The position numbers were made by a program, and so were the translations under genes. This document shows, piece by piece, positions 11,404 to 24,472 of a DNA stretch of 64,000 nt. The DNA is from Massalongia carnosa (taxonomy: Eukaryota). The DNA lies in assembly GCA_965645245.1 (NCBI GenBank), contig OZ287069.1, forward strand, positions 3,038,001-3,102,000. The letters are read 5' to 3'. The notes beneath the pieces were generated by a model. It was not told where the DNA came from. It ran no database searches and saw nothing but the letters and a program-made list of their open reading frames with translations. Numbering within the stretch: the first letter of the stretch is position 1; each line of letters begins with the position of its first letter.

Positions 11404-14400
11404 ATGTCAATGTCTTCTTTCGCGGTGCCCAATTATAGCTATCCTGACCGAGCTCCGGCTTCATCTCCTGAACTCGGTCCTAGACGAGCGGAAGCACCTC
11501 AAAGACCAGAAGATATTTCCGTACGTCCTATGAGACGTAAGTGGGCAGAGTATAAACTGATATTATGCATGTCATCGAGCTCACAATGTATACAGTAAAG
11601 GTGCTCTACACATTCGATGACCAGAACAAAATCAATTGCCTCGCCCGATGGCCACAAGTCCTTGACATACGCACTGCATTTCTTGATGAAAGTACACAGA
11701 TTGGAGTCATTGAGCTGAAGACATGTATTCAAGCAATTGTCTCGGCAAGCCCAGAGTTGGTGGCAAAACTGGGTCAGGAATACACAGTCTACGCATACGA
11801 CTACTCCGAGTACGAAACACCTCTTGTGGGCCAAGGAATGCTGTCATGGGTACTCGCGTCCTCCTCAGCTATGCCCTCTGCACCTACAACTTTATCACGC
11901 CCGGTGGTTACTGGTCGTGTTTGCAAAAATATCCTTGGGCTTTTTTCAAGCAGTTCACAAGAAACTTTGGAGGTAAAGTTACGACTGATACCTGTACCCA
12001 ATTGTCTTCAAAGCGAGTATATGGAAAGTATGAGAAAATATAGAGATTTGAGTAGAATAATGCCCCCCGGATTTGATTCAGGAGCATGGATGACTTTTCT
12101 TCAAGCAAATCCTGCAATGACGCAGCTGGCAAGTCAGAGCAGATGTGGATCGCCAGCAACTGTACCTGGACAGAATGAAGCAATGGGTCTTGAGCATATG
12201 CAAAGATTACTCGGCGAAGGCTTAAACTCCAATTACATGGGAGAGCAGCATTCTAACTTTCAAGGCGGCAATTACCAAATGGCAGAAACTAACGAAAAAT
12301 TTGCCCGCACTGCAAGCCCGGCATCGAGCACTCAGTGTTCGACAGCACCGTTAAAGCGACGTGGGAGGCCGCCGCGCACAACATCCAGAACATCAGCCCG
12401 AGGTCCCGATATCAAACCGAAACAGGTGATGGGGTCGCAAGCTATTGAGAATACCCTTCCTGCTAGCGACGATCGATCGGAGGATGGTCCAGCGAAGAAG
12501 AGGGCTAAGGTTAGCAAGGCAGATTGGAGCGGCAATGCCGGCATTGGAAAGCAAGCCGAATCTCTGCGGGTTGCGGCAAGTACGGCTGCATCTGTTCGAA
12601 TTCATCAGCCTACAGCAGTACGTCCATTAATGCATGATGCCAATTCTCTTGAAGGACCACCTAGGGCACCCACTCCAATTGCAGATCCTACTAATAGCAT
12701 GCGACGACCTCCGCTTCCCGTTGCTGGTAGCAGCTTAAGGCGTGAGTCATTGACGGCCGAAAGTCTATCGTATGAATCGCCATATCCTGTCTCAAAGGCA
12801 GTGTCGAAGCCTCCAGAGTCTGCAACGTCTTCTCCTGAAAACAGTCGTGTTGGTAGCTTGTCTAATACTCCTATGGACATTGCCTCATCTCCGCCCATAT
12901 ATCGAGGTGTTTCGACTGCCCCCTCAAGCCCGAACTTGCCAATCCTTCCACGACATGCCGACTCGGGATTTATGAATAGCTCAATTGATGATTTGTTTGA
13001 AGATGATGAACTCCAGCCTCACGATGATGAAGAAGCTCAAGTTGTCGGTCAGTATAGCCAACGTCCGGAATTACTTATTGCGGTATCCGAGCAAAACGAA
13101 TCCCCTCAAACCGCCCCGATAGCATCTATTCCTCAGGTACTTGACCAGCCAGATGCAAAGGCGATTGCTCGTTCAAGGACGGCTGCTAGGAACGCAACAG
13201 GTTCACGCCTGCTGGATCGAGCAAACTCGTTAGAGAATCTTCCTGCACCTGCCAACGCCAAGAGCGACTTCGTTCAAACAACTGCTTTACATCGATCACA
13301 GACATGGTCTAGTCAACAGCCACAACACGCCGCATCAGATACTGCTATCATGAGCGGAGGCGCTGAAGGATCTGTGGGATCACTTTCTGGAAGCAGATCC
13401 GGGAGTGGAGCTAGTGGAAAGCGGAAGAAGGCTATACAGAGCAAACTTGAGTTGTCCATTGCGGCCGGTGAGATGCCACCGTTCTGTGAGAATTGTGGGG
13501 CGATCGAGACACCCACTTGGAGGAAAGCTTGGGTCAAAGTGCACAGCGGAACCCCAGAACATGTGAAAATCTCTGAAGAAGAGGGTGGAATTGTCGCTTG
13601 GCAACCCCTGAAGACAGATAGCGAAGGGAACATAAATCTTTACAGGATCGTCAAGAAAGCACTTCTTGCTGCGGACGAAGGATTCACCGAGATTCTACTA
13701 TGCAATCGTAAGTCCTAGTTTCATGGCATTAAATTATTGCTAACAGGACATAGCATGTGGATTGTGGCTGCACACTCGGAAGTGTATGCGACCCAGAGAG
13801 ATATGGGAGAAACCTCAGAGAGATCCTGATGAAAAACGTAAACGGGCACCTAGAGCCAAGAAATCAAAGCGCGGCTCAATGCCTGACGAAGCCACCAGTG
13901 AGCCTCCCCTAGAGGTGACCATGCAGTCGGACGCATCATCCCCAGCGAATGATACTAAGCCTAAGAACAACGTTGAAGAAGCTTTCCAATTGCCGCAAAT
14001 AACTATACGAAGAGCATTAAGCGAACAGGGAAACACTGAGAATATGAACAACTTGAAGGATCTGTCTACAGCAACGGCTCTTCATAGAGCAGTCCAATCT
14101 TCGCCTACAAGGTTCATGGGCACAGAGCATGTCCCTATAGTGGTCGACGACCTCACGCCGAAGCCAATCAGGCGGGTTCTCTTCCCTTCCCCGCAGCAAG
14201 CCGAAGCTCAGCACGCAGCCACAGAACAAAAGTCAAATTGCGATAGCAAAAACCATGAAGTAAACCTCAGCTCGGTAGATTCATCCCTACAAGAAGAAGA
14301 CGCCCAGGCTGATAAAGAGAACTGCCCCCCTCCACCCGCCCAAGACCATTTTTGCCGCGTCTTTGAATATAATCAACTTTTGACAAGTCGCCCAACGACA

Positions 14401-14811
14401 CCAACGCCTTCCAACGAACTCACTCTTAATCATTTCAAAACTGCCAAAACACTTAGGACTCCGGACCGCAATTTGCCTACGGGCGACTTCCTCACTTCAG
14501 CCGCCAAAGCCACCATCCTTCCCATAACCCCCAAACGCACACCCACAAACCCAAGAGCCCAAGCACTCGTCGAGTTATCTCCCTTCACGGTTCAACTGAA
14601 CCAGCTTTTTTCGGATTCAAGCAATGGAAGCCGCAGTGATCATTTTGAATTTACGTCTCTCCCCTCCTTCGAAATGGGAAACGTAATGGACATGGATTTT
14701 TCTCAATTCGAGGGACAAGATTTCTTTAGCACGGATGGACCGATGCCCAGTAGCTCACCGAGGTGGTTTGGCGTTTATGAAGACCCCGTAGAGAAAAGGC
14801 CTAGCGTATAG
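11404..14811 (+). CDS. ams2: Ams2/Spt21-type GATA transcription factor, 3 exons
   Basis: Introns 11537-11595 and 13708-13753. N-terminal domain RPMRLKVLYTFD..CLARWP..DYSEYETPLVGQG; GATA finger CENCGAIETPTWRK...LCNPCGLW. Confidence 0.8.
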
Positions 14812-15795
14812 AGCTAGTCGCAACTCTTAAATGGTATGGTTTGAACGATAATGGAGCCACAAAGAGGGGGCACTCGGATGTAGTAAAACAGACTGCGGAA
14901 ACTGTTGCTACTGTTGAATTTGATTTGGGAAAGTGGTCGTCAAAGGAATCTACAGAAAGGCAGAAAATCAATGAGTGCGCTTATTGAATGTGGACGACCT
15001 TGAGAATCAATAGAACGGATCGTTTTGATTGGTATTGGATATGGTTGGAGGAAACTTGTTAAACGCTTATGATACCCTACAGGCATGAGTCGGTGATGTT
15101 TTTAGCTGGAACTAGTCATGGCCAGTGAGATAGCAATGGGATATGTTTTTCAATGATTCTCTCCCATGCGCCTTAATTTCCGATTCTCAATCCTTAAACC
15201 CCTTTTTGTGGTTTCCGATTAACAGGAAGGCGATAAACATAAAACAGACAATATTTGGACCTCGAAAAACAAAAGGAAATCCCAGAGGAAGATGAAATGG
15301 TAGGTATTTGGAGAAGGTCTCGGGGAATATGGAAGTGTGTCCTTGCTTTTCAGTTCATTGGTTCCCCCGTTTGCGTGCGAGATTCCCCAGGCAACAAAGC
15401 TAGGTAAGAATGTGCAGCTACGAATGGAGAAGATGCTGTAATCATTGTGTAATAACCCAGGATGCTGATGAAATTGCACTAATTCTGCATTTGTAGAACT
15501 CATGTCACATCAAGTCCCTCTGTGCTTTTATGATTTTCCATCCAAATAAAATGATAGGCTCGTTTCCCCCTGTCCCTTGCTTCCGTTTGGTGTCTGCGGC
15601 TCTTGAGCTACGGCTCAAACTCTATACCCTCATTAACCAGCCGAAATTGGTAGTATTCTAGATATTCCTACCAGGCTCCTACGGGGGCTTTAAAAGTGAG
15701 GCCTCTACTCTATTAATAATACCCAGAAATCCCCTAACCTACTCCACCACGCTCAAGAACATGATTCCTTAAAGGAATAATACATGCTGGGAGGC

Positions 15796-16323
15796 TTAGC
15801 TGACACTCTCATAGAAAATTTCTTTGTAACGATGTGTAGCGTCTACAAGCGCTTCCACTGCGGCAAAATCTGTGATGGAGAGGATGTTAATTCTGGGGGC
15901 TTGTTTGGGAACAAAAGAAACCGCAGGATAAAATAAAGGAGAATAAGCAGTCATAAGTATCACATAAGAACTCGGACACACCAATATTACTTCCAAAATC
16001 TGTAGCTTGGAACACTTTGATGCTCAAATCCTGCTGGACCTTCCCAACGACTTCTACCGCATTGTGGAGGGTAAGGTGAGAATCCTATATATTGGTTTAG
16101 ATATTGAGGATTTACATAGTAGCATAAATATATCTGTCTTTTCAACCGCCCTATGGCCTATGGTTGCACATACCCGATTGAGATGTATTGTGATCGAACC
16201 GTTCGCTTCGATCGTTGCGGTCTCGCCGCGCAGAGAAACCACTTTCCCGAGGATACGTACTGTTTGATTGGCGAAGGCGTCAAGGTACTTGGCATTTATG
16301 CGAGGAGTAGCTTCGGAGGCCAT
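15796..16323 (-). CDS. RFA3: Replication protein A small subunit (RPA3/Ssb3), 3 exons
   Basis: Exons 16323-16174, 16084-15982 and 15869-15796: TPRINAKYL..VRILGKV..VEVVGKVQQDLSIKV..DFG..VDATHRYKEIF. Confidence 0.9.
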
Positions 16324-17295
16324 TGTAGTACGGACGTGGCTTTACGGGGTGATAGACGTTATGAGCAGGTGATGGACGTTAGCGGAAGCCCTTATCTTAT
16401 CAACCAAGCGATGATAACTAGCGTGTCGAAAGGCCGATCGCGTCAACACGTGATCGCGGCTAAATATCATCATCCAGCGGAGATGTTCAACTTTCGTACA
16501 ACAGTTGCAATGGCAAAAGGAACTGCTTACGATTCATGTACTGCTACAGAGTACATTATGCAACCTCCGGTCGCTGCAGTACAACCGTTCATAGCCAGTC
16601 ACAGTCCTCATACTCGAACATTACAAGACCGTGTTAGTCTATTTATGCGTCTATCTTCTTTCTCCACTCCTTGGCCTCGTTCAGAAACTTTGTTGACCAA
16701 ATCATTGCAAATCCATTCGCCGAACAACACGCGGATCGCTGCGTCGCCGCACAGCTTCAATCGGTCTTCGGGGCTTGAATTGGAAACCAACTCATGTAGT
16801 GGAGACTAACATCGATTGATGGAAGGCATTACCTGAGATTTAGGAACACATCTTCGCTTGTATGAGTTACCTGCCTATTTGGGTAGTATTCGGGAAATCC
16901 CTTGACAACTTTCTCCTAACTATATTTTGCTATCAATCATTTCTGCACTGCAAGATGATGAAAAATCCAACGTGTGCGTTGTTGCTCAGCGTACTATCTC
17001 TGCATTCAGCCAATTCTGCTCTTTCCAAATCAAGCAGGCCACGATATCACGAACGTCATCGAGCATCTCAAACCCAAATTATGTCCCGAATATGACGAAT
17101 CGCCTTTCGCCGGCGAGACATTGATTGATGTTGTCCTTGTTACCATCAAGATCGGAGGAAGATGTTTTCTGTTACTGTTTTGGGAGGTTTTCCTCCGAGG
17201 CGGTTTCTTCCCAGAAGCTCTATATAATACTCCTCAAGGTTCTTTTTGTCTTTTCAGTCTCCATTTTACCTGCATATACATTTAAGTCGCCTAGC

Positions 17296-19135
17296 ATGTT
17301 TTCTTCGAGCCTGAAAATTACTTCTCTAGCATTGGGCTTGCTTGCCCCTTCATTCAACGTCCATGCATCACCCGCAAGATTCAATGGAAGGCAGTTGCCT
17401 GCAACAGTCCAAGACTTGAAGACCATTACATCACCAAGCGGAGTTACCATTCGGTACAAAGAGCCTGGCAAAGATGGGATCTGCGAGACAACCCCTGGGG
17501 TCAACTCGTATACTGGTTACATTGACTTGGCACCGGATTCGCATACTTTCTTTTGGTTTTTTGAAGCAAGACACAACCCAGAAGATGCGCCACTGACGCT
17601 CTGGCTCAATGGTGGTCCTGGCAGTGATTCGCTTATCGGTCTTTTTCAAGGTGGGCTGTCTTGTTCCGTGCTCATCTCGTCTTCGTCTAGATAACAGCCC
17701 TAACTCTGTTTCAGAGCTCGGACCTTGCAACGTCACCAAAGATCTCAAGACTCAGTTGAATCCCTATTCATGGAGCGAAAAGTCCAACATGTTGTTCCTT
17801 TCCCAGCCACTTGGAGTCGGCTTCTCTTACTCCGAGGAGGAAGCCGGTAGCTTGAATCCCTTCACTGGAGAGCAAGAGGACGCTTCATACGGAGTCGACG
17901 GTCGTTACCCAGAGATCAATGCCACTGAGCTAAGCACTACGGATCTCTCTGCGGTTGCTACTTGGCACGTTCTGCAAGCATTTGTGACTAGTCTTCCTCA
18001 GCTCGATTCCAAGGTTGGAAAGAAAGAGAAGACATTCAACCTTTGGACCGAGTCCTATGGCGGACATTATGGCCCCTCGTTCTACAATTACTTTTACGAG
18101 CAGAATCAGCTCATCAACAATGGCACGATCAAAGGCACTCCGCTCATCTTCGACACTCTTGGAATAATCAACGGTATAGTCGATCAGGGCATCCAGACAC
18201 CCTACTACCCGGAATTTGCCATTCACAACACCTACGGTATCAAAGCGGTCAATGATACCGTGTACGAATATATGAAATTTGCCTGTTTTATGATCGGAGG
18301 ATGCCTTGATGCGTTGTCGTATTGTCAGTACGCCAACAGGACTACAGATGTCGGACAACAGTTATGCTTCCAGGTATGTGTTTACAACGAGTAAAGTACG
18401 TGCAATTTTGCTTTTGCTTATTACTGCCAGGCCACGGATCAATGCCGCACCAACGTGGAACAGCCCTATTATTCTTACAGTGGTCGTGGTGTCTATGACA
18501 TCCGTCACCCTTACAATGACCCCACACCACCACGTTATTTCAACCAGTTTCTCAACAAACCCGACGTCCAACAATCCATCGGAGTTGACCTCAACTACAC
18601 GCAGTCCAACAACGATGTTTTCTATGCCTTCCAAAAAACCGGCGACTTCGCCTACCCGGTCTACCTTGATGATCTAGAAATGATCCTCAACAACAGCGTG
18701 CGAGTCGCGCTCATCTATGGGGATGCCGATTATATCTGCAATTGGTTCGGTGGTGAGGCTGTCTCCAATGAAATCGACTACGCGCATTCCGCCGAATTTG
18801 CCAAGACAGGCTATGTGCCCTTTACGGTTGATGGCACTGAGTACGGTGAAGTGCGGCAGTACGGCAATTTCAGCTTCCTGCGCATGTATGAGGCCGGCCA
18901 TGAAGTACCTTACTATCAGCCCTTGGCTTCTCTTGAGTTATTCAAGCGCGTGTTGGATAACCTAGATGTTGCGACAGGGAAGATTCCCGTAACAGGGACG
19001 TATGCCACAAACGGTACCGCCAACGCGACGCATACGGAAGCCTTTGTGCCGCTACCGAAGACATCGGCTAGCTCAAGTGCCGGTGCGACGGCTAGCCCGA
19101 CCGAGACGGGGAAGCCGATTCGGTTGAGGTCGTAA
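17296..19135 (+). CDS. Secreted serine carboxypeptidase, peptidase family S10, 3 exons
   Basis: Signal-like N-terminus; WLNGGPGSDS; catalytic motifs ESYGGHY, GDADYICN and AGHEVP; introns 17651-17714 and 18374-18430. Confidence 0.93.
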
Positions 19136-19767
19136 GGTGTGTTGTCGGGATGCTATGCTCCTCGAGCAGGAAACTAGGGGATTGGATGGTTTTCATCCTA
19201 TGTGAGTGAAGAGAAAAAGGAATCGGTGGGGGGACCAAAGCATATGTTCATGGATTCGTTCACGAAAAATCATGATTGTAAATTTTCTAGAATAAATTAA
19301 TAACAATGAACATATAGGGTTATGACACAGCCGTTCTTGCGTTTTCATTCATTCATACATTCTGGCGGTGCATGTCGTGAATACACATTGAGGTTTTCTT
19401 CCTTCATCTCCAAAGAATGATGAATCCCAGCCCCTGCCTCGCTTTTCCTCGTTGTCCACTTAACTCGTTCATTTCCTCGCTGCTCAATTGCCCGACTCGC
19501 TCGGACATCGGACATTGATTGTATGAGTGAACAAGAAGAAAGAAGAAAGAAGAATAACAAGAAACCTCGAAGAACACCCTCTCCCTAATTTCCAAAATGC
19601 TTACTTTTCTTTTCTTTTTCTTTAGTTTAACACTTCTACCTATCCGGTTTTCCGTCTTCTATTCGTTCCCTGTGGAAACTCAACTTAACCCCCCCATAAC
19701 TGCCCGTTTCTCTTTCGGGCTTGGGTTTCGGGTTCGGTTCCTTGCTATTGTTGCTATTACTCCTATT

Positions 19768-19891
19768 GCAGGCAGGCAGGCAGGCAGGCAGGCAGGCAAG
19801 AGACTCAAAACACGAAACAAGAATGAACGAGGGGGGGAACGGGGAACGGGGAACGAGGAATACTTACCTAGCTAGGTAGGTAGGTAGGTAG
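19768..19891. repeat. Microsatellites (GCAG)~8 and (TAGG)~4.5
   Basis: Read directly at 19768-19798 and 19873-19891. Confidence 0.85.
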
Positions 19892-21368
19892 ACTAAACTA
19901 AATCGGTAAGGGGAAGAAGATCGACAAGGAAGAAACGTCCATACAGACCTCGACGTAAAACATGTGAGTATGTTCATTGATGTTTCCCCCCCCAATTCTT
20001 CCTTATTTCGAAAAAAAGTCCTCGTACTATTCACTTCGTCAGATTCATCTGCATACTTCTTACTTCATCCATCTACCTTGCTCGCTCGTATTGGCAGGGA
20101 AAGAATCGAGAGGGGTAAGGGGACAGTCAGGATGTGGCCTGTTATTGGTGGTGTTGGGTGGAGGAATCGGAAGCCCAGGTGGGGGATATACTCTTAGCGT
20201 CAGATAGACTTTCATCTTTCTCTTTCTCATTTCTCTTCATCCTCCATCGTGCCGCTAGGCCTGGCTCAAACGCAAGCTTTCAGTTGCTTTTCTTCACTCC
20301 ACACCATATCACTTCAGATATAGAGAGTAGTTGGTTGGTTGGCTGATTGAGTCGATAGGGACGTCGTGGTTTTTTCTTTTCTTCTTTCGAGGATGATGGC
20401 GAACTGATAGGGGGAGAGGGAGGGAAAGGGGAGGTTGGCGAAAAGGTAACAGGAGAGACACAAGAGAGGAGGGAAGAATCAAAAAGGAAGGTCGTAAATG
20501 CATTGAGAGTTTCATTAGCTTGGGTTTCCTGCTGCTGGTAATGAATGATGATGACAGCGCGGGGGTGTTGGCGTTGGAGAAAGAGCCAAGGAAAGTAGCT
20601 GCAAGGTGAAAGGTTAAAAGTGGAAAAAAAGCCTCTTGGAGGGGAGGGTTGGGAAAGAGAGGTGGAGGGGTTTCAGAGATGTGACGAAAGTTTTCCTCCC
20701 TATGCATAGTCTACAGAAAGATAGGTGCTCGAGTTGAAAGGGACGAAGAAGTGGGCGACAGCAACGAGCTTGTTTTCGAGGTGGGAATTGAGTCTGAGGC
20801 TACGTTTTGCAATTGGGTTGATATGGGAAATTAAGGGGCCTTTTTTTGATGGCAGGAACTGGGAAAGGGATCTTCTACTTTTGGATCTGGAGAGCCGGAT
20901 CGAGGGTTAACCTACTTGAGCAAAGATATCCCATCGATAGGATATAGACCTCGAGTCATGATATCCTCCTATTCTGTATGTATGAATGTATGTATATACG
21001 TTTGTTTGTTTGTTTATTTGGGGATCTTGATTGTTGCAGATGCCAATCTAGATGGAGAGGTAGGTATTCGTTGTAGAGGTGGATACTGTGGAGAGAGATG
21101 TCGGGAAAAGACAAGGCTAAAGAAGTTAGTTATCGACTGGTTTGGTGAGGAGGCCGATGAAGCAGAGACAGTCTTCCGTCCCTTGCAGCACAGTCTTTAA
21201 AGCGAGGGCTTCTCGCCATACGAATCCAGGCAGGCAAACAGACAACCTGGGAGGCGAACGAATGGTTGATGCACATTGGATTGAGCAAAAAACACACACA
21301 TGAAGCGTGATTGTCGTTGGCAGTGCCTGTATTTCGCATGATGCAGAGTGATTCTAACACTCGTATGA

Positions 21369-21400
<32 letters not shown>

Positions 21401-21421
21401 CAGCGGTGGTGGTGGTGGTGG
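21369..21421. repeat. Compound trinucleotide microsatellite (CAG)8...(TGG)5
   Basis: Read directly. Confidence 0.85.
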
Positions 21422-23254
21422 CTAGTGCCATGAATGCTTCCTGGAAGTCCTCGCCCCGATTTCGAGGGGAGAAACGATTGAGAAAACGAACAAGAGAACT
21501 GTGATGGCTGGTGACTTTGATATTGGGGGGAAAACGCCGCGCAACATGGCGTGAGCTCGATGGCAAATGAGAAACTGACGGTAGAAGACATTTCCGCCAC
21601 CGCAGGAGATGGTGATGGTACCGTACGGGCAATGAGACCTCACGTGCGCAGAAACAATCAACCATCCAAAGCCCAAGCTTTCACGATGCAGAAGCAATCG
21701 CCGTTGACAGTGAGAGCGCTGATCCACTCCTAGCATACATGGTGTTATGCTTAGAAACAAGGTCCAATCTTTCAAGCTGCCCGTACCCGGTAGACAAACC
21801 ATGTAATGTATTTTACATCCGCATCTTTGCACGATGGTATCGAGTACGGGAGTACAGGTGGTTTCGATGATTACTTACACGCTACGTCATAAACGGTATA
21901 GCTACTTTTGTTGTCTGTATGTCACTCGTGCTTTCTGGAATAGGTATAGCCCCTTGCGTTTTGGTCCGGGCATGCCATGGAGAGTTAGAGCGGAGCTTCA
22001 TCCGAAGTGTTGATGTGGCACCGGGAGATAGCTCCGCCAAACCGTCGAGGAAGGGAGAGAGACAACGAGGCGTCGAGGGAGAAATGCAGCCATGAAGATT
22101 GGCACTGTGTCAAAATACATAGCACAGACGATCGCCTGCACTACGCAGGATTTTAACTCGGGATGTTTTCTTCATTTCCCATGTAAGGGGATTTGAAAGA
22201 AGTGCATACCAGGAGCACGTACAAATGCATGTACCGAGTACCAGAATTGTCACATCGAAATGTTGCCTTGACCCTAGCCTTACGCAACAGGTCGAGCCTG
22301 TGGCAACGCGAGACGTAGAGAGCCAATAGCAGAAGGCCGTTTGCGTGCTAGCATGTTTGCTTCGTTCCTTAAGTTAAGTTGACGGTGACAGTACAGAGCA
22401 AGTCACTTAGTAGCAGAGCCTATTCCAAAGCTCGCTTAGCATGGCATTTGCAAGAAGCCCATCCATCGGAAACTGCGATACCCGAACCAACTTGTGCAGA
22501 GGACACATCTCAAATATCTCGATCTCTCACGAGAATCTCGATCGCGCGCGATGTGGGGGGGGATTTATTAGCGGCGCATTCATCTGCGGGAATGGGAAAT
22601 CGTGGTGCTAGAGGAAAGAAACCATGGCATTTATGGAATTGTCACTCTCGCTCGTCCAACACATCGGGTTACTTTGGATCTGGACTCTTGTCCAGAGTAC
22701 TCTGTACCTGTAGCCCCAACGTGTGCTTTGTAGCCCCAACGCATTCCTGACAACGGGTGTTGGCTCAAGACCGGCAAACGACCTCAGGCTACTCGGGCTG
22801 CTTGACCTGCTCGGGCTTTTCTGTACTCTGCACCGTCGTGAAAAGAGTCAGTAAAAAAACCTCAATCGGTCAAGTGTGATGTGAAGTGGGGGGAGGGGTT
22901 TTCCGACGTGCAAAGTTTGCGGGTGGGGTCACCCTGGAGCGCTCTCCTCTCTCATCGTGCACCCCCGGAGGAGTCTTCCGGTACTCTGTACCTATCCAGC
23001 TTAACCCCGTTTTGCATTAATACCACATTCCACGCCTCTTGCCCCGAACGCCACACCACCCACGACGAACATCGTAATCGGTGCCATTTCGACCCTCAAC
23101 CTTCAAATCACCATCCCTTGGACAACAGTCGTGGATCTCTGATAGCGCCTCCATTGACGCACTGTCAAGGTAAGGGCTCTTCATGTGCATCGGTACCTCA
23201 CTTCAGCCCGCCTTATCCCTCACAGGCACCGTGTATCGTCCTCTCGAAACACCA

Positions 23255-23293
23255 ATGCACATCGTGGCCACTCAGTCTGAAAACCCCCCATAA
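23255..23293 (+). promoter_or_regulatory. 12-codon upstream ORF in the bZIP leader
   Basis: ATG CAC ATC GTG GCC ACT CAG TCT GAA AAC CCC CCA TAA, starting 87 nt upstream of, and in frame with, the bZIP ATG. Confidence 0.45.
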
Positions 23294-23341
23294 AGCATCA
23301 TTGCCCTGGATCCGTTTCCATTATCGGCCGCGACTCTCACC

Positions 23342-24472
23342 ATGACGAACTCGTCCGTCACGTATGGTTCGCCCGAGATGAGCGATCCTGCCATGTCATA
23401 CTTCACCAATGGCAGCCACCTCAACAAGATGCACAATATGCCTTCTGGATACGGGAGTCCTGTACACATCAAAGGTGCATCGCATCACTACGTCGATTCA
23501 TTCTCGCCGAACAAAAACAACAACAATAATAACAACGATCTTGTTAGCGATGACCAGCTATCGTTCTTCGAATTCGAACCTCGTCAAAGCGTCTCGCCGT
23601 TCGGGGACCAGCATTCAACCTCAACTCACCAGGAGATATTTCCTTCCTGGACCGATTCCAACCAGCATCCCTTATCCCCGCCGAACTCGGCATTATTTTA
23701 TTCGCCCAAAGCTCGACCTTTCTTCGAGCACCACCAAAGTCTTCCGAATATTCTCACGAGCATCGATCCAGTTAGCACGCGTGCGCAGTACGGACAAGTC
23801 ACACCGCCCGATGACGAGGAACCGAACGTGTTCAGGTATCATCATCAGCAAATACCATCAGGACTAACCACCCAAACCGCTTCTCCAAAGAAGGGAAAGA
23901 AGTCAACGACCTTGTCTAAAGACTTGACGGGCACGGTAACCCCTAAGCGTTCACGCAAAAAGGCGTTTCGTGCGGGCCCTTTAGATGGTTCAGCGGCAGA
24001 TCCTAGCAATCCGGAACAGGTGCGGCGCTCGAAATTCCTGGAACGTAATCGTATCGCTGCTTCAAAGTGCCGGCAGAAGAAGAAGCAATGGATCGACAAG
24101 ACTGAGGCGCAAGCCCGGGAGCTACATTCGCACAATGCCTCGCTGCAGTTGTTGGTAGAGTCTTTAAGGAATGAAGTCACGTTCCTCAAGGCGGAAATGG
24201 TGAGACATATGGACTGCGAAGGATCCAGCGCCCAGACCTTCATTTCTCAGGAAACCGACTCGTTCGCGGATGCCATTCATACGTATCGGCAGGACCAGAA
24301 GCACAAACACGAAACCGATGTTGAACCTCAACCAAAGCTTGAAGATACCGGTGCGGAGCCCAGCAATGAGTTGGAGAACGTCCTAAGCGTCGATGAGCCA
24401 TCCGTGCCAGTATCGGAGTTTGAGGACATCGACACCCTAGAGGCACTTTTAACCAGTGAACTAGGGCAGTAG
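23342..24472 (+). CDS. ATF/CREB-type bZIP transcription factor (AtfB/Atf21-like)
   Basis: Basic region RRSKFLERNRIAASKCRQKKKQW, a leucine zipper ending LKAEMVRHMDC, and a YGQVTPPDD motif. Confidence 0.88.
   Translation: MTNSSVTYGSPEMSDPAMSYFTNGSHLNKMHNMPSGYGSPVHIKGASHHYVDSFSPNKNNNNNNNDLVSDDQLSFFEFEPRQSVSPFGDQHSTSTHQEIFPSWTDSNQHPLSPPNSALFYSPKARPFFEHHQSLPNILTSIDPVSTRAQYGQVTPPDDEEPNVFRYHHQQIPSGLTTQTASPKKGKKSTTLSKDLTGTVTPKRSRKKAFRAGPLDGSAADPSNPEQVRRSKFLERNRIAASKCRQKKKQWIDKTEAQARELHSHNASLQLLVESLRNEVTFLKAEMVRHMDCEGSSAQTFISQETDSFADAIHTYRQDQKHKHETDVEPQPKLEDTGAEPSNELENVLSVDEPSVPVSEFEDIDTLEALLTSELGQ

Noticed and set aside
15662..15690. ATATTCCTA (snR30/U17 m1-like) next to a GCTCC-TACG-GGGGC hairpin
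   Set aside because: The partner m2 motif (AAACCAT) and ACA box do not follow.
11090..16445. MCB-like CGCG cores upstream of ams2 (about 11094-11150) and RPA3 (about 16440)
   Set aside because: No perfect ACGCGT; biologically plausible but too weak to call.
16880..17124. Short ORF with a HEAT-repeat-like phrase (LLSIISALQDDEKSNV)
   Set aside because: A single weak match with no gene structure.
19860..19869. ATACTTACCT, U1 snRNA 5'-end-like
   Set aside because: Runs straight into a (TAGG)n microsatellite, with no U1 structure.
19345..22750. Many short ORFs in the spacer upstream of the bZIP gene
   Set aside because: Derived from low-complexity and microsatellite DNA, with no recognisable protein content.
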